Positions 27,962-37,294 of a stretch of DNA of 64,000 nt are shown piece by piece. The position numbers were made by a program, and so were the translations under genes. Under the pieces are notes generated by a model that saw nothing but the letters and a program-made list of their open reading frames with translations, was not told the origin of the DNA and made no database searches. The first letter of the stretch is position 1; every line of letters begins with the position of its first letter. This DNA comes from an uncultured Anaerolinea sp. GTDB taxonomy: Bacteria > Chloroflexota > Anaerolineae > Anaerolineales > UBA4823. Location of the stretch: the NCBI GenBank assembly GCA_964503145.1, contig CAZCYV010000010.1, positions 8,613 through 72,612 on the forward strand, read 5' to 3'.

Positions 27962-29221
27962 TCATGGGCACTGGATGACGCCCTGCGCCCACAGGCAACC
28001 GCCGCAGGCCGGGTGCGGCAGGGAGAAGCAGTCCTCCAAGTTTCCTTCGGACATATCGCAGCCGCCGCAATAAGTGCAGGGCGCAAACGCAAAGCTCTGC
28101 ACTCGCGTTCGGTAAGCCTCATACTCTGGATCGTTCCAGATATCGAGCAAATCCTGCTCGGCGATATTCCCGACCACATGCCGCAGGTTGAAGCGCGGCC
28201 TGCCGTGCAGATAGCTGACATGGGTGTGCAAGAGCGGCGGACATGGGCTGACATCCCCTTGCCAGCCGACGGCGATGGCACCGCTCTCGATGAAGATGCA
28301 CACATCGTTGGCCCCGCCCAGATTGTTGCCGGCGAAATTCACGTTATAGCCGCTGTTCAAGGCCGCCAGGAAGGCTTCAGAAGTATATTCATCCAGGTCC
28401 ATCTTGGGCAGGCTCAACTTGCGCAACCAGGGCGAGGGCAGGTAGGCGATGTTCTTGATCGAGCGATCGTAGAGCTTCTCCTCGACGAACTCTTCGGTGT
28501 ATGGCAAGACGTTGGAGACCGAGAAGTACTTGGCGTCCACCTGTTTGCCCAGGCGCAGCAACGCAGGCAGGTCGGCGATGTTGCGCTTCATCGCCACAAA
28601 GGCAATGCCAATGGCCGGGGTAGGCGCATGGCTGCCGCGACGCATGCGCCGGAAACGCTTGATGTTCTCCAGCACCTGCGGCAACTCCGCCCCCAGGCGC
28701 ACATCGGCGTAGCTCTCCGGCGTGGCGCCATCCAGCGATACCCATAGCACATCCAGCCCGGCCTCGATGATCCGGCGCGAGGTCTTCTCATTCAGCAGCG
28801 TGCCGTTGGTGATCAACTCTACGCGTGCGCCGAGCCGTTTGATCTGGCCGATCCACTCAGGGGTGCGAGGGTGGTAGAGCGGCTCGCCCAAGCCGCCGAA
28901 GAACACCGTCGAGATGGATGGAAGCTTCTTCAAACTGTCCAGAAACCGCTGGAAGGTCGCCTCGCTCATCCGCCCGATGGACTCCTCCCAGGCGTTGCGC
29001 ATGCAGGTGCGGCATTCCAGGTTACAGCCGTTGGTCGGCTCCAGATAAATCTTGTTCAGATGAGTGACAGGCCGATGCAACCGGATGTGATGCTCGCTCT
29101 CCTCCAGGCGCAGGCGCGCCCCTGGCCGAACGCCCATCGCTTCGGCCACTTCGGGCGGCAAAATTAGCCTGCCCTGCTCGTCTGCTTCGGCCCACAATGT
29201 CTTGATCGGTTCCATCGCCAA
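27962..29221 (-). CDS. Radical SAM/SPASM protein with N-terminal AbrB-like domain (probable tungsten-oxidoreductase maturase type)
   Basis: DEQGRLILPPEVAEAMGVRPG (AbrB-like), CNLECRTC, Cys-rich C-terminus CTYCGGC...C...CGGC...C; neighbours an AOR gene. Confidence 0.75.
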   Translation of the reverse strand: MAMEPIKTLWAEADEQGRLILPPEVAEAMGVRPGARLRLEESEHHIRLHRPVTHLNKIYLEPTNGCNLECRTCMRNAWEESIGRMSEATFQRFLDSLKKLPSISTVFFGGLGEPLYHPRTPEWIGQIKRLGARVELITNGTLLNEKTSRRIIEAGLDVLWVSLDGATPESYADVRLGAELPQVLENIKRFRRMRRGSHAPTPAIGIAFVAMKRNIADLPALLRLGKQVDAKYFSVSNVLPYTEEFVEEKLYDRSIKNIAYLPSPWLRKLSLPKMDLDEYTSEAFLAALNSGYNVNFAGNNLGGANDVCIFIESGAIAVGWQGDVSPCPPLLHTHVSYLHGRPRFNLRHVVGNIAEQDLLDIWNDPEYEAYRTRVQSFAFAPCTYCGGCDMSEGNLEDCFSLPHPACGGCLWAQGVIQCP

Positions 29222-29316
29222 TGTCCACGATTCGGATATAGCTTAACCGAATTATAAGCCTCCTGCCCGGCCTGTCAGCATGTCATCTGTCATCCCCCAA
29301 CGGGTCTATTGTCACC

Positions 29317-29343
29317 AAAAAGGGCGGGAGATGCTCCCGCCCT
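29317..29343 (-). terminator. Rho-independent terminator after larA
   Basis: AGGGCGGGAG/CTCCCGCCCT 10-bp stem plus minus-strand U5 run, just downstream of the larA stop. Confidence 0.8.
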
Positions 29344-29351
29344 GCGGCAAA

Positions 29352-30638
29352 TCAGGCTGAGCTTTCGAAATCCGGGATGATCGATCCGGCCTGGGGAAGC
29401 ACCAGCACCTGGCTCTCTGGGCTTAACTCCTGCAGCGCGGCCCGCAGCGCTTCTTGCACATCGGCAAACGGGGTCATGAACAACCGTCGAACCAGATCAT
29501 CGGGCATATCCGAAACCAGGAAGACCTGTGCTCGACGCTCGATGTTGGCGATCCCGGCAGCTTTGTGCCCACCCAGGACAAATTCCTTCTGGATGCGCTC
29601 CAGGATCTCCTGAGGGGAGGAGGCGGCGAACATCCACTGCTCGAAAGTCTTGTTGCCCAGCGCCTCGCGGCACTCCGCCGCCAGGATCAAGATGCCGCCA
29701 TCGCGCACGAAGTAGGCCGCGTTTTCCAGCCCCTTGTGCGCCTGGTACATGTTGATATCCTTGGGGAAGCCGCCGGCGCTGGCGATGACGATATCCGCCT
29801 TGCGCGACACTTTGACCTTGCCCCGCGCGGCAATCACTTCACAGCCGCGCCGATGGGCAGCAGTGACATCGCCCGCCACTGCGCTCAGGATGTTATGCTG
29901 CCCATCCACCACTACGTTGAGGATAAAATGCACCCCAAGCAACGCCGCGCCCTCCTCGATATCCTCACGCAGCGGGTTGCCCTGGATACGCCCGGCACCG
30001 ACGCCGGGACGCACCATCAGCGCGTGGTTGGCCGTCACCGTCGCCCGTGAGGCGCAGCCTGGGAGGATCGCCTTTGCCCCGCCGGAAAAGCCGGCAAACC
30101 AGTGGAACTCCAGGTTGCCCAGACAGACGCGCACATCGGCTTCCACCAACGGGCGGAAGAACTCCACCGGTGTGCCTCGCGAGGTGACCCCCAGGCGCAC
30201 CACATCGTCTGCATTGTGGTTCAACACCCGGATGCGACGATGCACCTCTGGCGAAACGATGCGGTTGATCTCCTCCTCGGTCATCGGACGATGCAAGCCC
30301 AGGCCCAGCACAATGAATATATCTTCATCCGGGATTCCAGCGGCTGATAATTCTTCCAGCACGAAGGGCAGCAGCCGCTCTGAGGGACACGGGCGCGTCA
30401 GATCGCTGGTCACGATGGCGATGCGCTGACCTGGGTGAACCAGATCGCGCAGGCGCGGCGAGCCAATGGGGTGCTCCAGCGCGGCGCGGATCATCTCGGC
30501 TTCATCCTGCACCTGGATGGTGTCAGTCCTGGGCAAGATCACGTCCAGCAAATGCCCGGCCGGCACCTGAACGGCAAGGCTGCGCTCGCCGTAGGGCAAC
30601 GACACGGTCGTGGGGTTCATGGCGTTAGGCGCTGGCAT
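29352..30638 (-). CDS. larA: Nickel-pincer-dependent lactate racemase / 2-hydroxyacid racemase-epimerase (LarA family)
   Basis: SDLTRP, GLHRPM, NH, HWFAGFSGGAKAILPG, DINMYQAHKG motifs. Confidence 0.88.
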   Translation of the reverse strand: MPAPNAMNPTTVSLPYGERSLAVQVPAGHLLDVILPRTDTIQVQDEAEMIRAALEHPIGSPRLRDLVHPGQRIAIVTSDLTRPCPSERLLPFVLEELSAAGIPDEDIFIVLGLGLHRPMTEEEINRIVSPEVHRRIRVLNHNADDVVRLGVTSRGTPVEFFRPLVEADVRVCLGNLEFHWFAGFSGGAKAILPGCASRATVTANHALMVRPGVGAGRIQGNPLREDIEEGAALLGVHFILNVVVDGQHNILSAVAGDVTAAHRRGCEVIAARGKVKVSRKADIVIASAGGFPKDINMYQAHKGLENAAYFVRDGGILILAAECREALGNKTFEQWMFAASSPQEILERIQKEFVLGGHKAAGIANIERRAQVFLVSDMPDDLVRRLFMTPFADVQEALRAALQELSPESQVLVLPQAGSIIPDFESSA

Positions 30639-30652
30639 GACTCGAATCCCTG

Positions 30653-32383
30653 TTACCAGTTGAAGACGTTGTCCAGGTCTTCCTCGGGGACATCGAAAAC
30701 CGCGTTCATTGGCGCAATGGGCTGGCGCGTCATCCACTCCGGCAGGCGGTCATCCGCAGCGGTGAAACCGGCGCGGCGGTTGAACTCGCGCTCCAGCTTG
30801 AGCGCCTCGCGCCCCAGCACCTGCAGAAAATCGGAGGGTACATCCCAGCCGTAGCGGGCGTGGATCATCGCCGGGATGGTTTGCGGCGCGACGGCGTAAC
30901 CGAAGCCAGCAAAGATGCACGCCCCCAACGAGTCGTAGCCGGCCATGTTGATCTGCACGCCGCGCGAAAGCTCCGCCTGGCCCTTGGGATCGAGGTGATT
31001 GACCTTGGCGCGAATCGTCAACCCGCAAGTATGATCCGCGCCCTGTGGAGAAGTGGCATAAGTCACGCCGGTTCCTTTGATCGTGCGCGGATCGTAGGCC
31101 GAGAGCGCCTGATTCTTGACCACCGGCACACGTTCGACGCCAAAAACCTGCCCGGTGATCCCGGCGCCATTGCCCAGGACGCGCCCCAGCGGCGTGCCAG
31201 CGCGGATCTCGCGAATCAACTCCAGAGCGCGCTCGCCATCGCCGAACTGCAGCAGCCCCGCCTCGGCAGCCACGCCCAGCGCCGCCCCGATCTCGATGGT
31301 GTCCAGGCCAATATCATTGGTCTCGTAATTCAGGCGAGCGATCGTGTCCAGGTCATCGATGCCCAAGTTGGAACCCATCAGACCGATCGTCTCGTATTCC
31401 AGCGGCGAGACGACGGCCTTGCCATCCACGTCGCCAAAGACGTTGGAACTGCGGATGGTGCAGCCCGCCATGCACGCATGAGAGGTTTCGCAATCCCCGC
31501 CCCGGTTGAGCAAGGTCTGGCGCAGCACTTCGCCAGAGATGTTTTCGGCGCCCTCGAACTGACCGCTGGAGAAGTTACGCGTGGGGAGCGCGCCAAAACC
31601 CTGACACATCATCACGATCCCTGCCGTGCCAAAATCGCGGTACACTGCAGTCTGCGGGTGAGCCATCAGCGCCTGGGTGAATTCTTTCTGCGCCCGCTTG
31701 AACCCTTCGGGGTCAACGATGGGCGGTTTGGAGCCTTTGCTGCCATCGATCACAATGGCCTTGATCTTTTTGCTGCCCATCACCGCGCCGATCCCACCGC
31801 GCGCCGAGATGCGCGAGGGGACGCGATCCTTGTCCAGGTTTTGAATGCCTGCCGCGCGCAGGCGCATCTCGCCGCCCGGACCGATCAGCGCAATGGCAAC
31901 TTTGTCGCCGTATCGCTGTAGCAGTGGTGGAGCGACAGAATAGACGCCCAACCCGGCGAATTCATCCGCCCTTTCGAAGCGCACGCCCTCGGTAGAGAGG
32001 TGCAACATCCACCAGCCGTCTTCCTCAGGTCGGTCTTCGATGATCAAAGCCTTGACGCCCAGGTTAGTGAGCTGCAAGCCTGTCCGCCCACCGGCGTTGC
32101 TCTCTTTGATCCCTCCAGTGAGCGGGCTTTTGGCGCCGATGGAGATGCGGTCGGTGCTGGAAACCATATGACCAACCAACAGCCCAGGGGCAAAGATCAG
32201 CTTGTTGTTGGGGCCGAGGGGATCACAAGTTGGATTAACTTCATCGAGCAGGATGCGCGCCAATAGCGCCCGCCCGCCGAGCCTTTCCCAGCTTTCAGGC
32301 ACCGGTTCGCGCTGAAAGCTCTTCGTGCGCATATTGACGCGCCAGACGGAGAAATGGTTTTGAGTGGACAACGGTACCTCCAT
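30653..32383 (-). CDS. Aldehyde:ferredoxin oxidoreductase family protein (W/Mo-pterin)
   Basis: LGGRAL, KSPLTGGIKESNAGG, ARGGIGAVMGSKKIKAI, EYETIG, GLDTIE, QGADH, EREFNRRAG. Confidence 0.92.
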   Translation of the reverse strand: MEVPLSTQNHFSVWRVNMRTKSFQREPVPESWERLGGRALLARILLDEVNPTCDPLGPNNKLIFAPGLLVGHMVSSTDRISIGAKSPLTGGIKESNAGGRTGLQLTNLGVKALIIEDRPEEDGWWMLHLSTEGVRFERADEFAGLGVYSVAPPLLQRYGDKVAIALIGPGGEMRLRAAGIQNLDKDRVPSRISARGGIGAVMGSKKIKAIVIDGSKGSKPPIVDPEGFKRAQKEFTQALMAHPQTAVYRDFGTAGIVMMCQGFGALPTRNFSSGQFEGAENISGEVLRQTLLNRGGDCETSHACMAGCTIRSSNVFGDVDGKAVVSPLEYETIGLMGSNLGIDDLDTIARLNYETNDIGLDTIEIGAALGVAAEAGLLQFGDGERALELIREIRAGTPLGRVLGNGAGITGQVFGVERVPVVKNQALSAYDPRTIKGTGVTYATSPQGADHTCGLTIRAKVNHLDPKGQAELSRGVQINMAGYDSLGACIFAGFGYAVAPQTIPAMIHARYGWDVPSDFLQVLGREALKLEREFNRRAGFTAADDRLPEWMTRQPIAPMNAVFDVPEEDLDNVFNW

Positions 32384-32413
32384 GAAAATCTGCTACACGA
32401 ATCTAGAACAGGT

Positions 32414-33352
32414 TCAATTCTCGATCAGCGCCATCGCCGCCTGGGCAATGTGCCGTGGGGTCAGACCATATTTCTCCAACAGCGGCTCATTTGGAGCCGA
32501 TTCGCCAAAGACATCCTGCCAGCCGATACGTTTCATTAAGGTGGGGAATTTTTCACCCAGCGTCTCCGCCACTGCGCCGCCCAATCCGCCAATGATGGTG
32601 TGATCCTCTGCGGTCACTACGCGACCCGTGCGTCTCGCAGCAGCCAGAATCGCCTCTTCGTCCAGCGGCTTGATCGTAGGCACGTGCAAGACATAGGCGC
32701 TCACGCCCTGGTTGGCAAGCAGCTCGGCAGCTTCGAGACAGCGCACGCTTTGCTCGCCGGTGCCGATCAGCGCCACATCGTCGCCTTCGCGCAGGGTGAC
32801 GGCTTTCCCAATTTTGAAAGCATAGCTCTCATCGAACACCGTGTGGTAGGGGTCGCGCGTCAGGCGCAGGTATGCCGGCCCCTGCAGGTCATCCACCAGG
32901 GCGTGCATGGCTTTGCGCACTTCCACATCATCGGCTGGCGCGACCACAGTCATGTTGGGCATGGCGCGGAAGATGGTGATATCTTCAACAGACTGGTGAG
33001 TTTTGCCGGTCTTGCCGGTCTGGATGCCGCTGTAAGCGCCAGTGATGATCACATGTAAGTTAGGCTGCGCGATCACAATCCGGATTTGATCCAGGTCGCG
33101 CTTGGCAGAAAACGCGGCAAAGGTGCTGATGAAAGGGATGAAGCCCAGGGTTGCCAGTCCCGCCGCCACGCCGGCCATGTTCTGCTCGGCGATGCCCATC
33201 TCAAAAAAGCGATCGGGGCATTCCGCGGCGACGATATCCCCCCGGGTGGAGTTGGCCAGGTCGCCGTCCAGCACCAACACCCGCGGGTCGCGCCGCATGA
33301 TTTCAACCAGCGTTTCGCCAAAAGCAACGCGTTGCGCCTTGGTAGCTGCCAT
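32414..33352 (-). CDS. Transketolase, C-terminal subunit (split type)
   Basis: FFEMGIAEQNM, TFAAF, THQ, YLRLTR, VVTAEDHTIIGGLG. Confidence 0.92.
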   Translation of the reverse strand: MAATKAQRVAFGETLVEIMRRDPRVLVLDGDLANSTRGDIVAAECPDRFFEMGIAEQNMAGVAAGLATLGFIPFISTFAAFSAKRDLDQIRIVIAQPNLHVIITGAYSGIQTGKTGKTHQSVEDITIFRAMPNMTVVAPADDVEVRKAMHALVDDLQGPAYLRLTRDPYHTVFDESYAFKIGKAVTLREGDDVALIGTGEQSVRCLEAAELLANQGVSAYVLHVPTIKPLDEEAILAAARRTGRVVTAEDHTIIGGLGGAVAETLGEKFPTLMKRIGWQDVFGESAPNEPLLEKYGLTPRHIAQAAMALIEN

Positions 33353-33353
33353 G

Positions 33354-34229
33354 TCATCCTCCTGCCGGAAGCATTGCCAGTAATTCGCTCTGACCCAATT
33401 CGGCCAGCGCCTGAACCAACTCCGATTGGGTGGGAACGCGGGCGTGCCAGTCGTACTGGTCTTCCATGAAGCTCACTCCCTTGCCTTTGATCGTATTGGC
33501 GATGATCAGGGTAGGCTTGCCGCGCACCTGCTGGGCCTGTGCCACCGCCTGGACGATCTGCGCGATGTCGTGCCCATCGATCTCCAGCGTATGCCAGCCG
33601 AAGGCCTGCCATTTCTGCGCCGGGTTCTCGATCGGTCTGAGCATGCGTTGACCGGGTCTTTGCCAGCCATATTGTTGCAGGCCATTGTTATCCAGGAAAA
33701 CCGTCAGGTTATCCAACTTGTAGCGCGCGGCGATGAAAGCCGCCTCCCATATCTGACCTTCTTGCGATTCGCCATCCCCAAGGATGACATAGGTGCGGAA
33801 GGATTTGTTCAGCAAACGCGCCCCCAGCGCCATGCCGATCCCCGGCGAAAGCCCCTGCCCCAACGAGCCGCTGGACATATCAATGCCGGGTGTTTTGGTC
33901 ATGTCAGGGTGGCCTTGCAGGCGCGAATCGATCGCATCGAAGGTGAGCAGTTCTTCCAACGGGAAGTAGCCGCGCTCGGCCATGACCGCATACAGCGCAA
34001 TGGTCGAATGGCCTTTGGAGAGGATGAAGCGGTCGCGATCTTCCCAATCCGGGCGAGTTGGATCGATGTTGAGGATATGGAAGTACAGCGCCACCAACAG
34101 GTCGGTGCAGGAAAGCGGCCCGCCAACATGGCCGCCGCCGGCATGGTGCACAGCGATCAATACTCGCGCCCGCACCCGGGCGGCTATTTCTTCGAGTTCA
34201 GCGAGACGTTGTGGGGAAAGCTCCTTCAT
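33354..34229 (-). CDS. Transketolase, N-terminal ThDP-binding subunit (split type)
   Basis: GHVGGPLS, DRFILSKGH, LQGHP, GSLGQG, GDGESQEG...N, KGKG. Confidence 0.93.
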   Translation of the reverse strand: MKELSPQRLAELEEIAARVRARVLIAVHHAGGGHVGGPLSCTDLLVALYFHILNIDPTRPDWEDRDRFILSKGHSTIALYAVMAERGYFPLEELLTFDAIDSRLQGHPDMTKTPGIDMSSGSLGQGLSPGIGMALGARLLNKSFRTYVILGDGESQEGQIWEAAFIAARYKLDNLTVFLDNNGLQQYGWQRPGQRMLRPIENPAQKWQAFGWHTLEIDGHDIAQIVQAVAQAQQVRGKPTLIIANTIKGKGVSFMEDQYDWHARVPTQSELVQALAELGQSELLAMLPAGG

Positions 34230-35053
34230 AAGCGTGACTCCTCTCGATATCCGATCTGGCGTGAGATGCGCTCCGTATTGGCGACCAATATGCGGGCCAG
34301 TTCCGGAATGCGCTCAGATCCGAAGCGCGCCGCCAATCCGCTCAGGCTGATCGCCGCCACGATTCTTCCGGTATGATCACGTATCGGAGCGCCGACAGCC
34401 CGGATACCCGGGGTGACGTCCTCGAGGCTGACCACGTATCCTTGGGAGCGCGTCTGGCGCACATCCTGACGAATCTGTTCGAGCGTGGATAGGGTGTTCT
34501 CGGTGAGTTTGGGCAAACCGGTGCGCAAGGCGTAAGCCTCTAGCTCTTGATCGTTAAAATCAGCGAGCAGGGCGCGCGGCGCAGCCCCGCAATGCAGCGG
34601 CTGGCGCCCTCCGACGCGCAGGCTGAAGATGTTGACCACCTGTTCAGCCTCGACCCTTTCGATGCATAGCGCCTCATCGCCATCGCGGATGCACAGGAAA
34701 GCCGCCTCGCCCGTCTGCTCCACCATTTCGGTCAGGAAGGGCAATGCCAGCCGACGCACATCCACCTGGCTCTGAAAGTATGCCCCCAGTTCGAAGGTGC
34801 GCACGCCCAGGCGATACTTGCGCCCATCTGGGGTGCGTTCCACATAACCGCGCGCTTCGAGGGTCGCCAGCAGGCGATGGGCGGTGGCTTTATTCATCTT
34901 CAGATGGCTGGCAATGGACGTCAGCCCAAGCTCAGGGCCGTAAGCCGGAAAGACTTCCAGCAAATCCAGCGCCCGCCAGACAGACTGGACGCCAGAAATC
35001 TTGCGCTGCAGGGCGGGTTTATCGCGAGCGGGAGACAACATCTGTCTGCTCAT
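34226..35053 (-). CDS. IclR family transcriptional regulator
   Basis: VQSVWRALDLLE, KATAHRLLATL...GYV, YRLG, LHCGAAPRALLA, VGAPI...AAISL. Confidence 0.93.
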   Translation of the reverse strand: MSRQMLSPARDKPALQRKISGVQSVWRALDLLEVFPAYGPELGLTSIASHLKMNKATAHRLLATLEARGYVERTPDGRKYRLGVRTFELGAYFQSQVDVRRLALPFLTEMVEQTGEAAFLCIRDGDEALCIERVEAEQVVNIFSLRVGGRQPLHCGAAPRALLADFNDQELEAYALRTGLPKLTENTLSTLEQIRQDVRQTRSQGYVVSLEDVTPGIRAVGAPIRDHTGRIVAAISLSGLAARFGSERIPELARILVANTERISRQIGYREESRL

Positions 35054-35155
35054 CTGTCGAGTTTCGCAATATGAACCGATGGTTTGCTATGTGAAATTAT
35101 ATCAGAACTCGCAGGAATCGGCGAGAAATTTAATAAAATGACTTTTGTCACTACC

Positions 35156-35175
35156 ATCGATAATATATTATCGAT
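35156..35175. promoter_or_regulatory. Perfect 20-bp palindrome in the divergent iclR/deoC control region
   Basis: ATCGATAATATATTATCGAT is its own reverse complement. Confidence 0.65.
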
Positions 35176-35403
35176 TATAATTAGGGGTGCGCAAATGATT
35201 TTTCGCAACAGCCAAACAACCTCTAAGAACGCGACCTGTGGGCATGATGCAACCGCTCAGCAACCACCAGATAATCAAGTTCCGCACTCCTCAGCGGGTC
35301 TGGGCGCATCTTCGGATCCTCAGGAGCACTTAACGTATCCACACTGCTCGGGTGTACCGCCGCTCGGGCAGTGCTTTATTTTTCCGGGAGAAATCTGGTC
35401 GCT

Positions 35404-36111
35404 ATGTTAAACAGCAAAACAATCACTTATCAACAGCTTGCCAAAACCATCGATCATTCATTGCTTCGGCCCGAACTAACTGAAGCGGAGGTGATCGCCG
35501 GGTGCGAGCTGGCGAAGCGCTACAACGTCGCTTCGGTGTGCGTGAAACCCTACCATGTCCGGCTGGCAGCGGAATTGCTGCACGGCTCAGATGTCGCCGT
35601 CGGCACGGTGGTGGGGTTCCCACATGGCAGTCAGACGACAGAGACCAAGGTTTTCGAGGCAAAAGAAGCCATTGCCAACGGCGCTGTCGAACTGGATATG
35701 GTGATCAACATTGGGGAACTGCGCTCAGGGTATGCCGATTACGTGCGCGAGGACATACGCGCCGTGGTGCAGGCGGCGCGGCAAAGCGGCAAGAGTGTGC
35801 TCGTCAAAGTCATCCTGGAAAACGCTTACCTGACGGATGAGCAAAAGGTCCTGGGATGTCGGCTGGTGGAAGAGGCGGGGGCCGATTTTGTGAAGACCTC
35901 CACCGGTTTCGCTCCCGGCGGGGCGACGATTGCCGATTTGAAGCTGATGCGCGCCAGCGTCGGACCGCAGGTGCAGGTCAAGGCGGCAGGCGGCGTGCGC
36001 ACGCTGGACGCCCTGCTGGAAGTCATCGACGCGGGAGCGACGCGCTGCGGGGCCACCGCAACCGCAGCGATGCTGGATGAATTTCGCAGACGGGAGGGAG
36101 TCAACTCATGA
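35404..36111 (+). CDS. deoC: Deoxyribose-phosphate aldolase (DeoC family)
   Basis: [42 protein letters not shown]. Confidence 0.9.
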   Translation: MLNSKTITYQQLAKTIDHSLLRPELTEAEVIAGCELAKRYNVASVCVKPYHVRLAAELLHGSDVAVGTVVGFPHGSQTTETKVFEAKEAIANGAVELDMVINIGELRSGYADYVREDIRAVVQAARQSGKSVLVKVILENAYLTDEQKVLGCRLVEEAGADFVKTSTGFAPGGATIADLKLMRASVGPQVQVKAAGGVRTLDALLEVIDAGATRCGATATAAMLDEFRRREGVNS

Positions 36112-37274
36112 GTTCAGGAACAGAAAAAGCGTTGAAAGTCGGCGTTGTTGGGGCCGGATTCATCGGGCCGGCGCACGTGGAGGCGCTGCGGCGCCTGGGG
36201 ATTCAGGTGCTGGGACTGAGCGAGAGCAGCCCAGAGCGCGCCCGGGCCAAGGCTCAAGAATTGCGCCTGGAGAAAGCCTACGACTCGTTCGAAGCGCTGG
36301 CCGCAGATCCGCAGGTGGATGTGATCCACATCACCTCCCCTAACCATCTACACTTCCCCCAGGCGAAGGCAGCCCTGCTGGCGGGCAAACACGTGGTATG
36401 CGAAAAGCCGCTGGCGATGAACACAGCCGAATCGGCCGAACTGGTGCGCATTGCCAAAGAGCGCAAGCTGGTCAACGCGGTCAATTTCAACATCCGCTTC
36501 TACCCGCTGTCGTTGCAAGCGCGTTCCATGGTGCAGTCTGGGGAGCTCGGGCAGGTGTACATCGTGCGCGGCTCTTATCTCCAGGATTGGCTGCTGCTGC
36601 CCACCGATTGGAACTGGCGGCTGGAGCCCGAACTCGGCGGCGAGATGCGCGCTGTAGCCGATATCGGTTCACACTGGCTCGACCTGACTCAGTTCATCAC
36701 CGGCCAGGACGTTGTCGCGGTCTTCGCCGATTTCAAGACCTTTGTGCCGGTGCGCCAGAAACCCACCACCCCCATCGATACCTTCAGCGGAAAGCTGCAG
36801 AAAGCCACCGAATATGTGGAGCAACCTATCCATACCGAGGATTACGCCACGGTCGTGCTGCGCTACCAGAACGGGGCGCATGGCGTCGTGACGGTCTCCC
36901 AGGTCAGCGCCGGACGTAAGAACCGCCTGGCCTATGAAATCGACGGCTCGAAGTCGGCGCTGGCTTGGGACTCCGAGCGGCCAAACGAGCTATGGATTGG
37001 ACACCGCGATCGGCCGAACGAAATCTTGTTGAAAGATCCATCGCTGCTGGCTCCAGAAGTGCGCCCCTACGTCTCATATCCCGGCGGGCACAACGAAGGT
37101 TTCCCAGATACCTTCAAACAGCTTTACGCTTCGGTGTATCGCTATATCCAGGCGGGCGACTATTCCGCTCCGGCGGACTTCGCCACCTTCGAAGACGGGC
37201 ATAAGCGGCTGGTGTTGGGCGAGGCGATCTTGCGCAGCTCAAAAGAAGGCCGTTGGGTTGACGTGATCTATTAA
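36108..37274 (+). CDS. Gfo/Idh/MocA family NAD-dependent oxidoreductase
   Basis: [28 protein letters not shown]. Confidence 0.92.
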   Translation: MSSGTEKALKVGVVGAGFIGPAHVEALRRLGIQVLGLSESSPERARAKAQELRLEKAYDSFEALAADPQVDVIHITSPNHLHFPQAKAALLAGKHVVCEKPLAMNTAESAELVRIAKERKLVNAVNFNIRFYPLSLQARSMVQSGELGQVYIVRGSYLQDWLLLPTDWNWRLEPELGGEMRAVADIGSHWLDLTQFITGQDVVAVFADFKTFVPVRQKPTTPIDTFSGKLQKATEYVEQPIHTEDYATVVLRYQNGAHGVVTVSQVSAGRKNRLAYEIDGSKSALAWDSERPNELWIGHRDRPNEILLKDPSLLAPEVRPYVSYPGGHNEGFPDTFKQLYASVYRYIQAGDYSAPADFATFEDGHKRLVLGEAILRSSKEGRWVDVIY

Positions 37275-37294
37275 TTTTCTCAGGAGGAGAGAAA

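Noticed and set aside
27919-29351. RiPP precursor peptide for the SPASM radical SAM enzyme
   Set aside because: No short ORF with an SD is present in the flanking gaps.
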